From positions 140,042-204,041 of the IMG/VR virus record IMGVR_UViG_3300013233_000235: a DNA stretch of 64,000 nucleotides; one strand, given 5' to 3'. Below are positions 19,819-28,667 of this stretch, one piece after another. Under the pieces are notes generated by a model. The model was not told the DNA's origin and did no database searches. It was given only the letters and a program-made list of their open reading frames with translations. A program made the translations under genes and the position numbers. The stretch's first letter is position 1; every line of letters begins with the position of its first letter.

Positions 19819-20403
19819 AGCGATTTTCTGACACACAGGTGTCACATGTTAAGTACACGCACCACCACCGGGGGGTCCGAGATGACCACCATCGACGGCC
19901 TTGATCTACCACGGGCGGTTAACGTAGGCGGGCATATTGAGTTGAAGAGAGGGGGTGTTACATATCGCACTGATAAGCATCCGCCTTGGAAGCCCTTTAC
20001 AGTGTTGTCAAGCTCGGGACGCCACGCCAACGGGGTATTGTTGGAAATGCACTGCGGGTGCGATGGCACATACCCGTATGTCCTGTTTATCGATGGTCGG
20101 TGCCACGTACTAGGTAAACATTTTGGTGACATCCCAGAGAATGGTTGCGTGTTTGAACAGGGTCTCTGGATGTACGGCCATGGTCTTCTAGACTACCATG
20201 AGTCTGTGGTTATAGCCATCGGTGAGTACACCGGCACCAAACCTAAGCGGCAGCTCAACTACAAGGTAATTGCAATGGATACCCCCAAACAAGAGTTCGT
20301 AATAGAGATTATACCCAATGCTGAAAATAGCATTGTGTATCAATTGCGGGTAACCCTGCCAGCGTGGGGTCCCCGCGCACAAGTGATACAACGCGTTAAG
20401 TAA
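19816..20403 (+). CDS. Hypothetical protein, 'DG..P' family
   Basis: TIDGLDLP..GGVTYRTDKHPPW..CVFEQGLWMYGHG. Confidence 0.75.
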   Translation: MSDFLTHRCHMLSTRTTTGGSEMTTIDGLDLPRAVNVGGHIELKRGGVTYRTDKHPPWKPFTVLSSSGRHANGVLLEMHCGCDGTYPYVLFIDGRCHVLGKHFGDIPENGCVFEQGLWMYGHGLLDYHESVVIAIGEYTGTKPKRQLNYKVIAMDTPKQEFVIEIIPNAENSIVYQLRVTLPAWGPRAQVIQRVK

Positions 20404-20434
20404 TACACACACGGTATATACCAGGAGCTTAATT

Positions 20435-20866
20435 ATGAAAAACGAACAAGCATTAAAAGACAAATTGCTGTATGTTAAAGCGGAGTCCGTAAAAACGATC
20501 TCCTCCACGTTCGCCAATGGGGATCGTATCAGTCATCTGGAGGTGGACGGCATGCATATCCAGGGGCTGGATGGGTCGTCCGACGGGCGGATCGGGTGGA
20601 GTGACGGCGTCAACACATGGGTGAGCCAGCCATACCCGCTTTACCATAAAGCGGTCGGTGGACCCCAACGCTGCGGTGGGGGGCACAACCACATTGGGGT
20701 TATACTCCGCGTAAGGGATGGTGGTAGACGTCATCGGCTGTGCCTAGTTTACCGTGGCGCTGTGTACTACACTGGCGGGCTGGTTAAGAAAACCGGTGAT
20801 GACATCCTATTCAAGAACCTACTTTGGGTTGGTGGTGTGGGTCCACGGCCAGTGCCCCAGTCGTGA
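20435..20866 (+). CDS. Hypothetical protein, 'DG..P' family
   Basis: LEVDGMHIQG..IGWSDGVNTWVSQPYPLY; SD AGGAG. Confidence 0.75.
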   Translation: MKNEQALKDKLLYVKAESVKTISSTFANGDRISHLEVDGMHIQGLDGSSDGRIGWSDGVNTWVSQPYPLYHKAVGGPQRCGGGHNHIGVILRVRDGGRRHRLCLVYRGAVYYTGGLVKKTGDDILFKNLLWVGGVGPRPVPQS

Positions 20867-21444
20867 GCCAGTCGGAGTGGATGACACCCTACCAATCATT
20901 CCTGATAAGTGTCTCCCCCCAACCCCCCGATGGTGACATTATCTGCATTGATGGGCATCCCCTGCCCAATATAGGGCGTGTCGGCAACGGGTTAACCCTG
21001 GACATATCCGGTGAGCCATGGGTGACGGGTCCCCACCCGCCGTACGTGATGCTCAATGGGGTGCCAGGTGGCATCGCCATCGTATTGGTGTTCCGATGTG
21101 ATGATCTTGGCACGATGGTCATCGTTGATAAAGGCGGCCCGGTTATAATGGGGAGGTTAGTCAGGGAGGTCCCCGCGTGTGGTCCAAATGGCACAATTGT
21201 TTGTGAGCAGCGTGTGTGGTTACACGGCTTGGGGCACACCGACCTACACGGGCAGCTAAAGAAAGCCGTTAAATACACCCGGACGTGGGATGCGATCTGC
21301 ATTAGCACAGCCAACGTCAAGTCTGAGTGGGTTATCACAGCCACCAGGGGTTGGCCCACCAATCCCGACGTAGTGGATAACCCATGGGAGCCAACGTATC
21401 TGTGCCGTTGGGAAGATGCCCACTGGGCATTTGCACGTATGTAA
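20863..21444 (+). CDS. Hypothetical protein, 'DG..P' family
   Basis: CIDGHPLP..GEPWVTGPHPPY..IVCEQRVWLHGLG; start uncertain. Confidence 0.7.
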   Translation: MSQSEWMTPYQSFLISVSPQPPDGDIICIDGHPLPNIGRVGNGLTLDISGEPWVTGPHPPYVMLNGVPGGIAIVLVFRCDDLGTMVIVDKGGPVIMGRLVREVPACGPNGTIVCEQRVWLHGLGHTDLHGQLKKAVKYTRTWDAICISTANVKSEWVITATRGWPTNPDVVDNPWEPTYLCRWEDAHWAFARM

Positions 21445-21446
21445 TT

Positions 21447-21552
21447 AGTTAGCCCTTCGGGGCTTTCTTTTTTATTTGCTTCCCTATATTCTTAAGCCTA
21501 TATAACTTGTATGAAGAGACGCATTGATCTCTTGTATAGGAGTTTAGTTATG
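21447..21552 (+). promoter_or_regulatory. Family-A cassette repeat copy 6
   Basis: Conserved architecture; loop CGCATTGA, 3' block GTATAGGAG. Confidence 0.9.
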
Positions 21553-23481
21553 AGTGAAAGATATATCAGAGATCTGAGCCTTAAGTTACAGAGGTGGACA
21601 GATGCGTATGCAAGTGGCACCCCACTTGTGTCAGATAGTTTATACGATGCCGTCCATAAGGAGTTGGACAAAGCGGTCGGCGGATCGGCTGAGAAGTTCG
21701 TACCGCAGACCCTGACAGTGGCCACCACTGGTAAGCACCGCGTCCCCATGACCACTCTCAAAGATGTTTACACGATTGAGGATATTGGCAGATTCGTGAA
21801 TGGTTTTCCAGAGGGTACCCGCTTTATAGCGGAGCCAAAGATGGATGGGATGGCTATCAGCCTAACATATGAAAACGGCGATCTGGTCAAAGGGTTAACC
21901 CGGGGTGATTATGTTAATGGGGAGCTCTGTACTGAATCCATCAGCTACGTCCCAAGCGTGCCTATAACACTCGGTCTGGATATCGATATGGAGGTTCGGG
22001 GTGAGCTTGTTGTTACCCACGAAAGCTTTACACCAGACATGGGTGTATCGCCACGCAACTTTGCCGCAGGCAGCCTTATGAAGGGGGACCAAGAGCGGAA
22101 CAAGCATCTAACGTTCATCCCATACGCTGTGACAGTGGCGCGCGGTGAATACGGGGAGTTAACAAGTCTGCACGACAAACTCATGTGGCTGGGGACCATC
22201 GGGTTCCAAACCAATCCGGCCAAGATACTGCTGGGCACCCGCGTACAAATCATCGATTGGATGAAGGATATGCATGAAAGTTGTGACCCGCAGGCACGGC
22301 CAGAAGCTTACATGTGCGCGATTGATGGGTTAGTGCTAAAGGTCGATGACTCTGAGCTGTTTGCCGACGCTGGTGGTACCAGCAAGCACCCCCACGGGGC
22401 GATCGCCTTTAAGTACAACTCAGCTAGCGCTGTCACCACGATCGTGGCTGTGGAGGAGTCTATGGGCCGCTTTGGCGAGATAACTCCAGTGGCTATCGTG
22501 GAGCCTGTGACCATCGATGGTAATGTGGTTACCCGTGCCACCCTCCACAACTACGCCAAGGTTCTAAGCAAGGGTGTATTCATTGGTGGGGAATGCGTAC
22601 TGATGCGGGCAGGTGGTGTGATACCGGACCTGGTTGCTATGACGGAGAATGTTGACAAGTTGCCAATCGTATCCCCGCCATCTGTATGCCCAAGCTGTGG
22701 TGCCGCAACAATCGTCACCGCCGACCTTATCAACACCACCTGTAGTAGAGAAGACTGGTCGGAATGTAAGGCGCGTGCGGTGCGTACTGGGGCATACATC
22801 GTGTCTAAGAAGGTGCTAAATATACAGGGGCTTGGTGGAAAGACTATCGAGAAGTTGTATGACCTTGGTGTCAAGTTAACCACCTTGCACCATGTGCTGA
22901 CACTTTCCAAGGATGATCTGGTAAAGGCCGCAGGTAACGCTATGGGGAAAAAGGTATATGACCGCATCCAGTCGGCGGCTGAGATGTCATGCCAAACATT
23001 CATAAAGGCCATGTGCATAAAGGAAATCGGCAACCATGCATCCGTTATATTGTCCGAGCATGTGGGTCACCACCCCCAGGGTTTTCTCGACTTATCGGGG
23101 GAATCTATCGGGCTTATCAATGGTTTAGCCGAAGATGAAGTTGGGCATTTGGTGGAATTCTTTGGCGATACCGCGAGGCAAGCGGCGGCATGGCGTGGTC
23201 ATGATCTGGTGACAGACCCTATGTCGCCTGAAGATGACCCCGCTAATAAAAACGCTGATGAGTTGGTAGCTAGGTTCAGCAACGCTGGATTCGATACGTC
23301 TCACAAGGTGTGTGTAACCGGATCGTTTGAGGGTTGTAACCGCGATGATATTCACAAGGCCCTAAGCAACGCTGGGTTCACACCCACGAAATCAGCCAGT
23401 GCGAATACCGCCCTAATAGCCGGCGATAAACCGTCGGCATCAAAGGTGGATAAATCGGGCGCGATGTTCTGTGCGTTTTAA
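21550..23481 (+). CDS. ligA: NAD-dependent DNA ligase
   Basis: Ia motif AYASGTPLVSDSLYD; EPKMDG; TRGD; EVRGE; PRNFAAGSL; IDGLVLK; AIAFKY; RATLHN; RAGGVIP; C4 Zn finger; HhH; BRCT-like end. Confidence 0.95.
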   Translation: MSERYIRDLSLKLQRWTDAYASGTPLVSDSLYDAVHKELDKAVGGSAEKFVPQTLTVATTGKHRVPMTTLKDVYTIEDIGRFVNGFPEGTRFIAEPKMDGMAISLTYENGDLVKGLTRGDYVNGELCTESISYVPSVPITLGLDIDMEVRGELVVTHESFTPDMGVSPRNFAAGSLMKGDQERNKHLTFIPYAVTVARGEYGELTSLHDKLMWLGTIGFQTNPAKILLGTRVQIIDWMKDMHESCDPQARPEAYMCAIDGLVLKVDDSELFADAGGTSKHPHGAIAFKYNSASAVTTIVAVEESMGRFGEITPVAIVEPVTIDGNVVTRATLHNYAKVLSKGVFIGGECVLMRAGGVIPDLVAMTENVDKLPIVSPPSVCPSCGAATIVTADLINTTCSREDWSECKARAVRTGAYIVSKKVLNIQGLGGKTIEKLYDLGVKLTTLHHVLTLSKDDLVKAAGNAMGKKVYDRIQSAAEMSCQTFIKAMCIKEIGNHASVILSEHVGHHPQGFLDLSGESIGLINGLAEDEVGHLVEFFGDTARQAAAWRGHDLVTDPMSPEDDPANKNADELVARFSNAGFDTSHKVCVTGSFEGCNRDDIHKALSNAGFTPTKSASANTALIAGDKPSASKVDKSGAMFCAF

Positions 23482-23492
23482 ATAGCAGTATA

Positions 23493-23603
23493 AAGTCAGC
23501 CCCGATTAAGGGGCTTTCTTTTTTATTTGTTTCGCCCATATGTCAGAACTATATAACTACTATGAAGAGACACTTTGATCTCTTACTTTGGAGTTTAGTT
23601 ATG
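23493..23603 (+). promoter_or_regulatory. Family-A cassette repeat copy 7
   Basis: Terminator loop GATTAA; loop CACTTTGA, 3' block ACTTTGGAG. Confidence 0.9.
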
Positions 23604-24284
23604 AGTAAAGTAAACGTAGATGTAACCCCCGCGATGGTAGAAACCTCATTAGCGGTATGCCTGTCCCGGAATGGTGGTACCAGTGTGCGGGAGTTTGTCG
23701 AAAAGACCAGCGCCTACTGGAAAGCCATCTTGACTGAAGAGGCTGGGGAGGTGCTGTGCGAATTGGGCATAAAGCCCTGGAAACCTCTTAAGAAGGTGAA
23801 CGCACTGCTGGAATGCGCAGACTTGTATTACACGTTACTGGCTGCCGCACACCAGCCCGGCTCGGGGGTAGGTAACGTGTACGAATCCGTGGCAGATTGG
23901 ATGTCGGCACCACCGCGCGATGACATCCCCGAGGGGTTGGTTGACAAAGGCCTCACGCTGGTACACGTGGCGTCAGATCCGATGAGTACGGTCGCCGACA
24001 AGTTGGGGGAGACCGCCATGATAATGGTGGCGATCCTCAAACAGTTGGGGTACTCCCCCGCCGACATGCTTGGGGCGTTCAAATGGAAGAACGCATTGGT
24101 AGAACGACGGTACGAGTTTACACCGACAACTGATGGGAAGGTCGTTATCTACAACAGCGGGGTGATGTCCGATGATACCGCGCTGGGCCACATCATCCGT
24201 GAGCGGGATCTCGCGATGGATCTCCATAAACCATACATGGAGATGTGCGGGGAGATCCGCAACCGTCTGGCACCTGTAAAATAG
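23601..24284 (+). CDS. MazG-like all-alpha NTP pyrophosphohydrolase
   Basis: ILTEEAGEV ... LLECADLYY (EExxE..ExxD) and KWKNALVERRY. Confidence 0.65.
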   Translation: MSKVNVDVTPAMVETSLAVCLSRNGGTSVREFVEKTSAYWKAILTEEAGEVLCELGIKPWKPLKKVNALLECADLYYTLLAAAHQPGSGVGNVYESVADWMSAPPRDDIPEGLVDKGLTLVHVASDPMSTVADKLGETAMIMVAILKQLGYSPADMLGAFKWKNALVERRYEFTPTTDGKVVIYNSGVMSDDTALGHIIRERDLAMDLHKPYMEMCGEIRNRLAPVK

Positions 24285-24293
24285 CAGCATAAG

Positions 24294-24324
24294 TAGACCC
24301 CCTATTAAGGGGTCTATTCTTTTT
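24294..24324 (+). terminator. Intrinsic terminator
   Basis: TAGACCCC/GGGGTCTA stem followed by TTCTTTTT. Confidence 0.8.
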
Positions 24325-24329
24325 ATGTA

Positions 24330-24435
24330 AATCTGGAATCAACGTATTTTCAATGACATATAACTAAAATGGATATAGGCGTTTTGACTTATATCTATTA
24401 ATGGCTTAACAGCCAGGAGTTTTACTATGACAAAT
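24330..24435 (+). promoter_or_regulatory. Family-B cassette repeat copy 1
   Basis: AATCTGGAATCAA..TCAATGACATATAAC-TAAA-ATG-GATATAGG-CGTTTTGA-CTTATATC..TGGCT-TAAC-AGCCA-GGAG..ATGACAAAT; near-identical to 58211-58314. Confidence 0.9.
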
Positions 24436-24768
24436 CTAAAAGCGTTAGTAGTGTTCACAAATCAGTCATCCACCTATCCAGGTGTAAGCCGGTTGGTACA
24501 CAAGGCGTTAGATGGGTACAATGTTGGAGTTATGAGTATCGGTACCGTGGACCTGGAAAACAATGCGGAGGATAGAGCAATGATGGTACAACTGTTGCAG
24601 AGAAAGCAGCACGAATACAATCGGGTTGTTTACATCGATGGGGGGGATGGGAAGGCTTCTCATACCGTAGCATCCCACGCAGGTGCGTGGGATATGGTAA
24701 TCCACGTGAATGCAGACAAAGTGGTAACAGGTTGCAGTAGATCATGGGGTGAGGATATCACCCTATAA
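24427..24768 (+). CDS. Hypothetical protein
   Basis: SD AGGAG; bounded by a B and an A repeat. Confidence 0.75.
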   Translation: MTNLKALVVFTNQSSTYPGVSRLVHKALDGYNVGVMSIGTVDLENNAEDRAMMVQLLQRKQHEYNRVVYIDGGDGKASHTVASHAGAWDMVIHVNADKVVTGCSRSWGEDITL

Positions 24769-24838
24769 AGTCAGCCCCTTCGGGGGCTTTCTTTTTTATT
24801 TGTTTCCATACATTTTCAGAACTATATAACTTGTATGA
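24768..24838 (+). promoter_or_regulatory. Family-A repeat copy 8, partial (terminator + promoter; hairpin/SD replaced)
   Basis: Matches other copies up to TATATAACTTGTATGA, then diverges abruptly. Confidence 0.88.
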
Positions 24839-24894
24839 TAGAATAACCACATCACCTATTGACCACTATACTCTGGGTAACAAAAGGATGCTGT

Positions 24895-25212
24895 ATGAAC
24901 ACTATACAAGTAGAAGGAAAGATGTACCCAGTGATCGATATGTCAACCCACCCCACAAATGGGCTCATGCTCGTGGCTTTCGCCAAAGGTGTGGCGGTGG
25001 TTAGACAGGACGCACTAGGTACCAATTATGTGGATGTGGTTATACCTTACCAGGTCCCTAACCCTAGGGACATCAGGGTCCATGTAAATGCGGCTTTATC
25101 AAATGGCTATTTTTCGGCCGACTTAACCTATACGCACGTGGGCACCCCATGTACGTTCAACCTAATAATCCCAGCAATGGGGGGAACAGATGATGAAACA
25201 CACATTCGGTAG
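24895..25212 (+). CDS. Hypothetical protein
   Basis: SD AAGGA before ATG 24895. Confidence 0.65.
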   Translation: MNTIQVEGKMYPVIDMSTHPTNGLMLVAFAKGVAVVRQDALGTNYVDVVIPYQVPNPRDIRVHVNAALSNGYFSADLTYTHVGTPCTFNLIIPAMGGTDDETHIR

Positions 25213-26026
25213 TAGATTAACAATGGGCAAAGTTGCCTTTAAGGATGACGATAACTACATCGCCATCGAGGAGGTAGTAGAAGATGGCGCTGCTAAATAC
25301 GTCATGCTGGCATACGCGGGCGGCCAACAGCGGTACCAGATGGTTCGTATGCCGACATCACCAGAGCGGTGGCGTGGGGCTGCGGTATACATGCGAGGGG
25401 GTGCATATGTGGCACACATCTCCAGACACCTGGTTACCGGGGAACACGGTATCCTGATACGACTGTTCCTGGCCACGGGTGGTTATGTGGGCCAGTGTTA
25501 CCAGCAGGATAGTGGTAACACCAGCGCAATAGGCCATAAGGCGTTGGACCACGCCGTCGAGTCCATCATCGCTGGGTCGGCCCCGGTGTTACTGGCCGGG
25601 CATGATGCTTATCCGATGGATCTTAATGAAGGTATGGATTATATTGAGGCCGACAACCCGGGTGTTGACACAGTGCAGGTGGCCGGCGATGGTAGCCTGG
25701 ATATCAGTGCCTACCACGGCGACGTGTTATTCACCGTAGAGCGCACGGGCGACGATGGTAATCTGGTGAGACACAGTGTCCGTAAACACAGCCGTACAGA
25801 TGGGGCGATTAGTGACAATGGTGATTATCTGGTGCTGGTGCAGCGCAAGCTTGTAAAGACATCATTTATCACCCGACTGCTCACTTACAAGACAACACAG
25901 AATGGGTTAATGCCTATCTCCACAGCAACTGTGGGTAAGCACGGGGGGTATTTCTCAAAGGCCGAGTTGTCAGTGCGCCTAGGTAAATTTGTAGATGCCT
26001 CCATGGCATACGTTAACTACAATTAA
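25190..26026 (+). CDS. Hypothetical protein
   Basis: SD GGGGG; ends at a terminator. Confidence 0.7.
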   Translation: MMKHTFGSRLTMGKVAFKDDDNYIAIEEVVEDGAAKYVMLAYAGGQQRYQMVRMPTSPERWRGAAVYMRGGAYVAHISRHLVTGEHGILIRLFLATGGYVGQCYQQDSGNTSAIGHKALDHAVESIIAGSAPVLLAGHDAYPMDLNEGMDYIEADNPGVDTVQVAGDGSLDISAYHGDVLFTVERTGDDGNLVRHSVRKHSRTDGAISDNGDYLVLVQRKLVKTSFITRLLTYKTTQNGLMPISTATVGKHGGYFSKAELSVRLGKFVDASMAYVNYN

Positions 26027-26055
26027 AAAATGGCCCGTTTGGGCCCTTTTTTTTT
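26025..26055 (+). terminator. Intrinsic (possibly bidirectional) terminator
   Basis: A6-T-GGCCC-GTTT-GGGCC-C-T9. Confidence 0.85.
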
Positions 26056-26093
26056 AGTCCGGTATTAAACCTTAATGCATAGGGAAGATGTAA

Positions 26094-26432
26094 ATGAAAG
26101 CCATATTGCGAGTGGATAGTGTGAGTAAAGTGAGCGTGGATCGAATGGGTGCAGGTACGTTGACCACGACTCTTACAGGTGGCCGCACACACCAGGTTAG
26201 TACAGACGGGTTGAGCAATGCTGACATAACGGCTTTGCGTGCTAACAAATACGGGGTGGTTTATAGTGATGGTAGCATCTTGTTGCTGAGCATCAGGGAC
26301 TTGATACACTTAGCTTTGGCTGCACTCGATGACGATATAAATAACAATCTACCATTACTCAGGATGGTTGGCCAATCTGTGGAGCATGGTGGTAGTGCCA
26401 CCGCCGCTATCCTACTAGAGTTGGGGATCTGA
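26094..26432 (+). CDS. Hypothetical protein
   Basis: First ORF of the operon after the terminator. Confidence 0.7.
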   Translation: MKAILRVDSVSKVSVDRMGAGTLTTTLTGGRTHQVSTDGLSNADITALRANKYGVVYSDGSILLLSIRDLIHLALAALDDDINNNLPLLRMVGQSVEHGGSATAAILLELGI

Positions 26433-26434
26433 CT

Positions 26435-27535
26435 GTGGCTAATAGTTACGTAAGCGGGCTATTAAAGCGGAAGGTGTATAAACATATAACCGATGCATCC
26501 GGTGACGGGGTTGTAACAATGGCGTTCACACCCACCGACGGCGGGGGGGCCCTAGCCATCAGGCGTAGAGACGCCGCCGGTGTACGAGTTGTATCACTGG
26601 ATACATCTATAACACATGTGGGTGAGTACTTTACAGGTATGGCGGCCATAAGCGGTGATGGAAACTTGGCGATAATAATCACATCGGTTGGGGATAGTCA
26701 TAAAGTCCGCATGTACCGTTACGATGGTAGCACGTATCGGGATGTTGGTACGCATACGTTGGCAACTGGTGGTGGATTACACACCGGCATCAACTTAAGT
26801 TGGACCGGTGTTACCTACGTACTCCATTCCAACCTAACCCCCTGGGAAGCACCCAGTGCAATCGTAGTAACCAATGTCAACGGCAGCCCAGAGGTAATAG
26901 GGCAGGCGGGCGTGGGCTACGTATCCATATCTGATGATGGTACACAGATGCTAGGGGTGAGTCGCTGTTCTGCCACAGATGTTGGTAAGGCGGTTATCTA
27001 CGACCTATCTGGCGGAACTGTCGCCACCATGGCTAACCTGAGCATGGCTATACCTGGTGGGGCTAAAATACCCCACGCCGCAGGCACTATGTCTGGTAAC
27101 GGTAAGAGTGTGGTTATTCCTATGTACACCATGCCGAGAGCGGGTGGTAGGGATGGTATATCTGCACTAATGCGGTTCACTAAATCCGACGCCACCGGGG
27201 CGTGGGAATACATGGGTGCTGTCAACTTATACAGCGGGTGTATAACCCCCCCATTGCTGGAGAGTACCACATCTATAGTCAGCTGTTACACAGGTGAACA
27301 TATGTGCATAGCTGGGGTGGATGATGGTGGTGAAACCATGATCCGTTTTTATAAATACGCTACCCCTAGGTGGTTAATGGTAGAACACTCCATCGACAAT
27401 GGTTCAGTGCTATCCGCTATGCGTAGGCTACCGCCTATGTACCTGCGCAGTCATGGGGATCAGGCCTTGCTTGTTAGAGCCACCAATTCTGGTGTAATGG
27501 AAGTCACAATGTTTTACGACCAATTCGGGGGATAA
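26435..27535 (+). CDS. Degenerate beta-propeller protein
   Basis: Blade motifs AISGDG, SISDDG, TMSGNG. Confidence 0.7.
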   Translation: MANSYVSGLLKRKVYKHITDASGDGVVTMAFTPTDGGGALAIRRRDAAGVRVVSLDTSITHVGEYFTGMAAISGDGNLAIIITSVGDSHKVRMYRYDGSTYRDVGTHTLATGGGLHTGINLSWTGVTYVLHSNLTPWEAPSAIVVTNVNGSPEVIGQAGVGYVSISDDGTQMLGVSRCSATDVGKAVIYDLSGGTVATMANLSMAIPGGAKIPHAAGTMSGNGKSVVIPMYTMPRAGGRDGISALMRFTKSDATGAWEYMGAVNLYSGCITPPLLESTTSIVSCYTGEHMCIAGVDDGGETMIRFYKYATPRWLMVEHSIDNGSVLSAMRRLPPMYLRSHGDQALLVRATNSGVMEVTMFYDQFGG

Positions 27536-27539
27536 CAAC

Positions 27540-28667
27540 ATGGTAACCATAACTAAAGCAGCCATTCTAGATGGTATAGATATCGGTGTCACAGATATAG
27601 CGGTGTCATTGGATGGGTCCTTAATGCTGGTCGGTGATGCAGCCGTTGGCACGGTACACGTCTACGATTATGGCCCAACTGGATACACCCTCACGGAGAA
27701 GCTGCACCCCCCGGGTATTAGAAACTTCGGATACGCCCTTGGAATAAGCCCTGATAATACCACAATCATTATCGGGTCGTCTGTGGCACTCATCGGCGAC
27801 CAGGTGCTATCCCCTGAGAGGGCCTTCGCAACCATCCTAGAACGGCCTCTAGGGGCTCTATTCTTTATGGAGTCAGCTTTCATCGATGTTGGCCTTAACG
27901 GCCTAACACCGGCATGCTATAGCTTCTCAGCGGATGGTCTCACCTTATCTATTGCGGCAGCCCGACTCCAGGGTGAGGTATTCATGTTCGAGGGGGAAGA
28001 GACCGCTGTTACTGGTGACGACCCCCTATCCGTGCAGATCTACAAGTACGGGCTTGCAGCAGGATGGGCTATTGAGAAAGAATATGTGGTGGGTAATATG
28101 GATAACCTCCGCCAAGCTTATGGTGGGACGGCATGGTTAGACCCCCTGGGCACATCTATCTGGATGACCACCAATTGGGGTTGGGGTGCCGGCTCTGGCA
28201 CACGCTTACATCGGGCAGAAATGGTTAGTGGTTTTTGGGCACCACCGGTGCTGGTGGTGCCGGACATCGGCGATACGATCGTGTACTCCACCACCCCCAC
28301 GACCATGCTGTATAGTGACACTAGCCGCGTACCAGGGTTAGGCTGTGCATACACTCTCCCACTCCCACCGCCAATGGGCGCACTGCCGGCATTACTGCCA
28401 AAGCCCGCAGGCGCTGATCCATTAATGTATGCTAAGAATGTAGCCATCTCACCAGATGGTGCACTTATAGCAACAACATCTAGACGCGAGGATGCGATAA
28501 CTGGCAACATACATATCACCCGTGGCGGGACATACCTTGGGGCGATATGGGTACGCAATGTTAAAGAGACTGATTACGGGGAGATAATCCGACTTGTAAA
28601 CACCCCACTTGGATACAGAGTCATCACGAATGAGGGCGCTAGCGTAAATATATACGAGTGCGTTTAA
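27540..28667 (+). CDS. Degenerate FG-GAP-like beta-propeller protein
   Basis: AVSLDGSLMLVG..GTVHVY; FGYALGISPD; VAISPDG. Confidence 0.75.
   Translation: MVTITKAAILDGIDIGVTDIAVSLDGSLMLVGDAAVGTVHVYDYGPTGYTLTEKLHPPGIRNFGYALGISPDNTTIIIGSSVALIGDQVLSPERAFATILERPLGALFFMESAFIDVGLNGLTPACYSFSADGLTLSIAAARLQGEVFMFEGEETAVTGDDPLSVQIYKYGLAAGWAIEKEYVVGNMDNLRQAYGGTAWLDPLGTSIWMTTNWGWGAGSGTRLHRAEMVSGFWAPPVLVVPDIGDTIVYSTTPTTMLYSDTSRVPGLGCAYTLPLPPPMGALPALLPKPAGADPLMYAKNVAISPDGALIATTSRREDAITGNIHITRGGTYLGAIWVRNVKETDYGEIIRLVNTPLGYRVITNEGASVNIYECV

Noticed and set aside
24384-24412. Sigma70 promoter using the hairpin TTGA as a -35 box
   Set aside because: No credible -10 hexamer at 16-18 nt in either family.
9726-24838. 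Repeats as a CRISPR array, attC sites or IS ends
   Set aside because: Spacing is 0.9-4 kb of coding DNA, and I saw no cas, integrase or transposase gene, attC core sites or target duplications.
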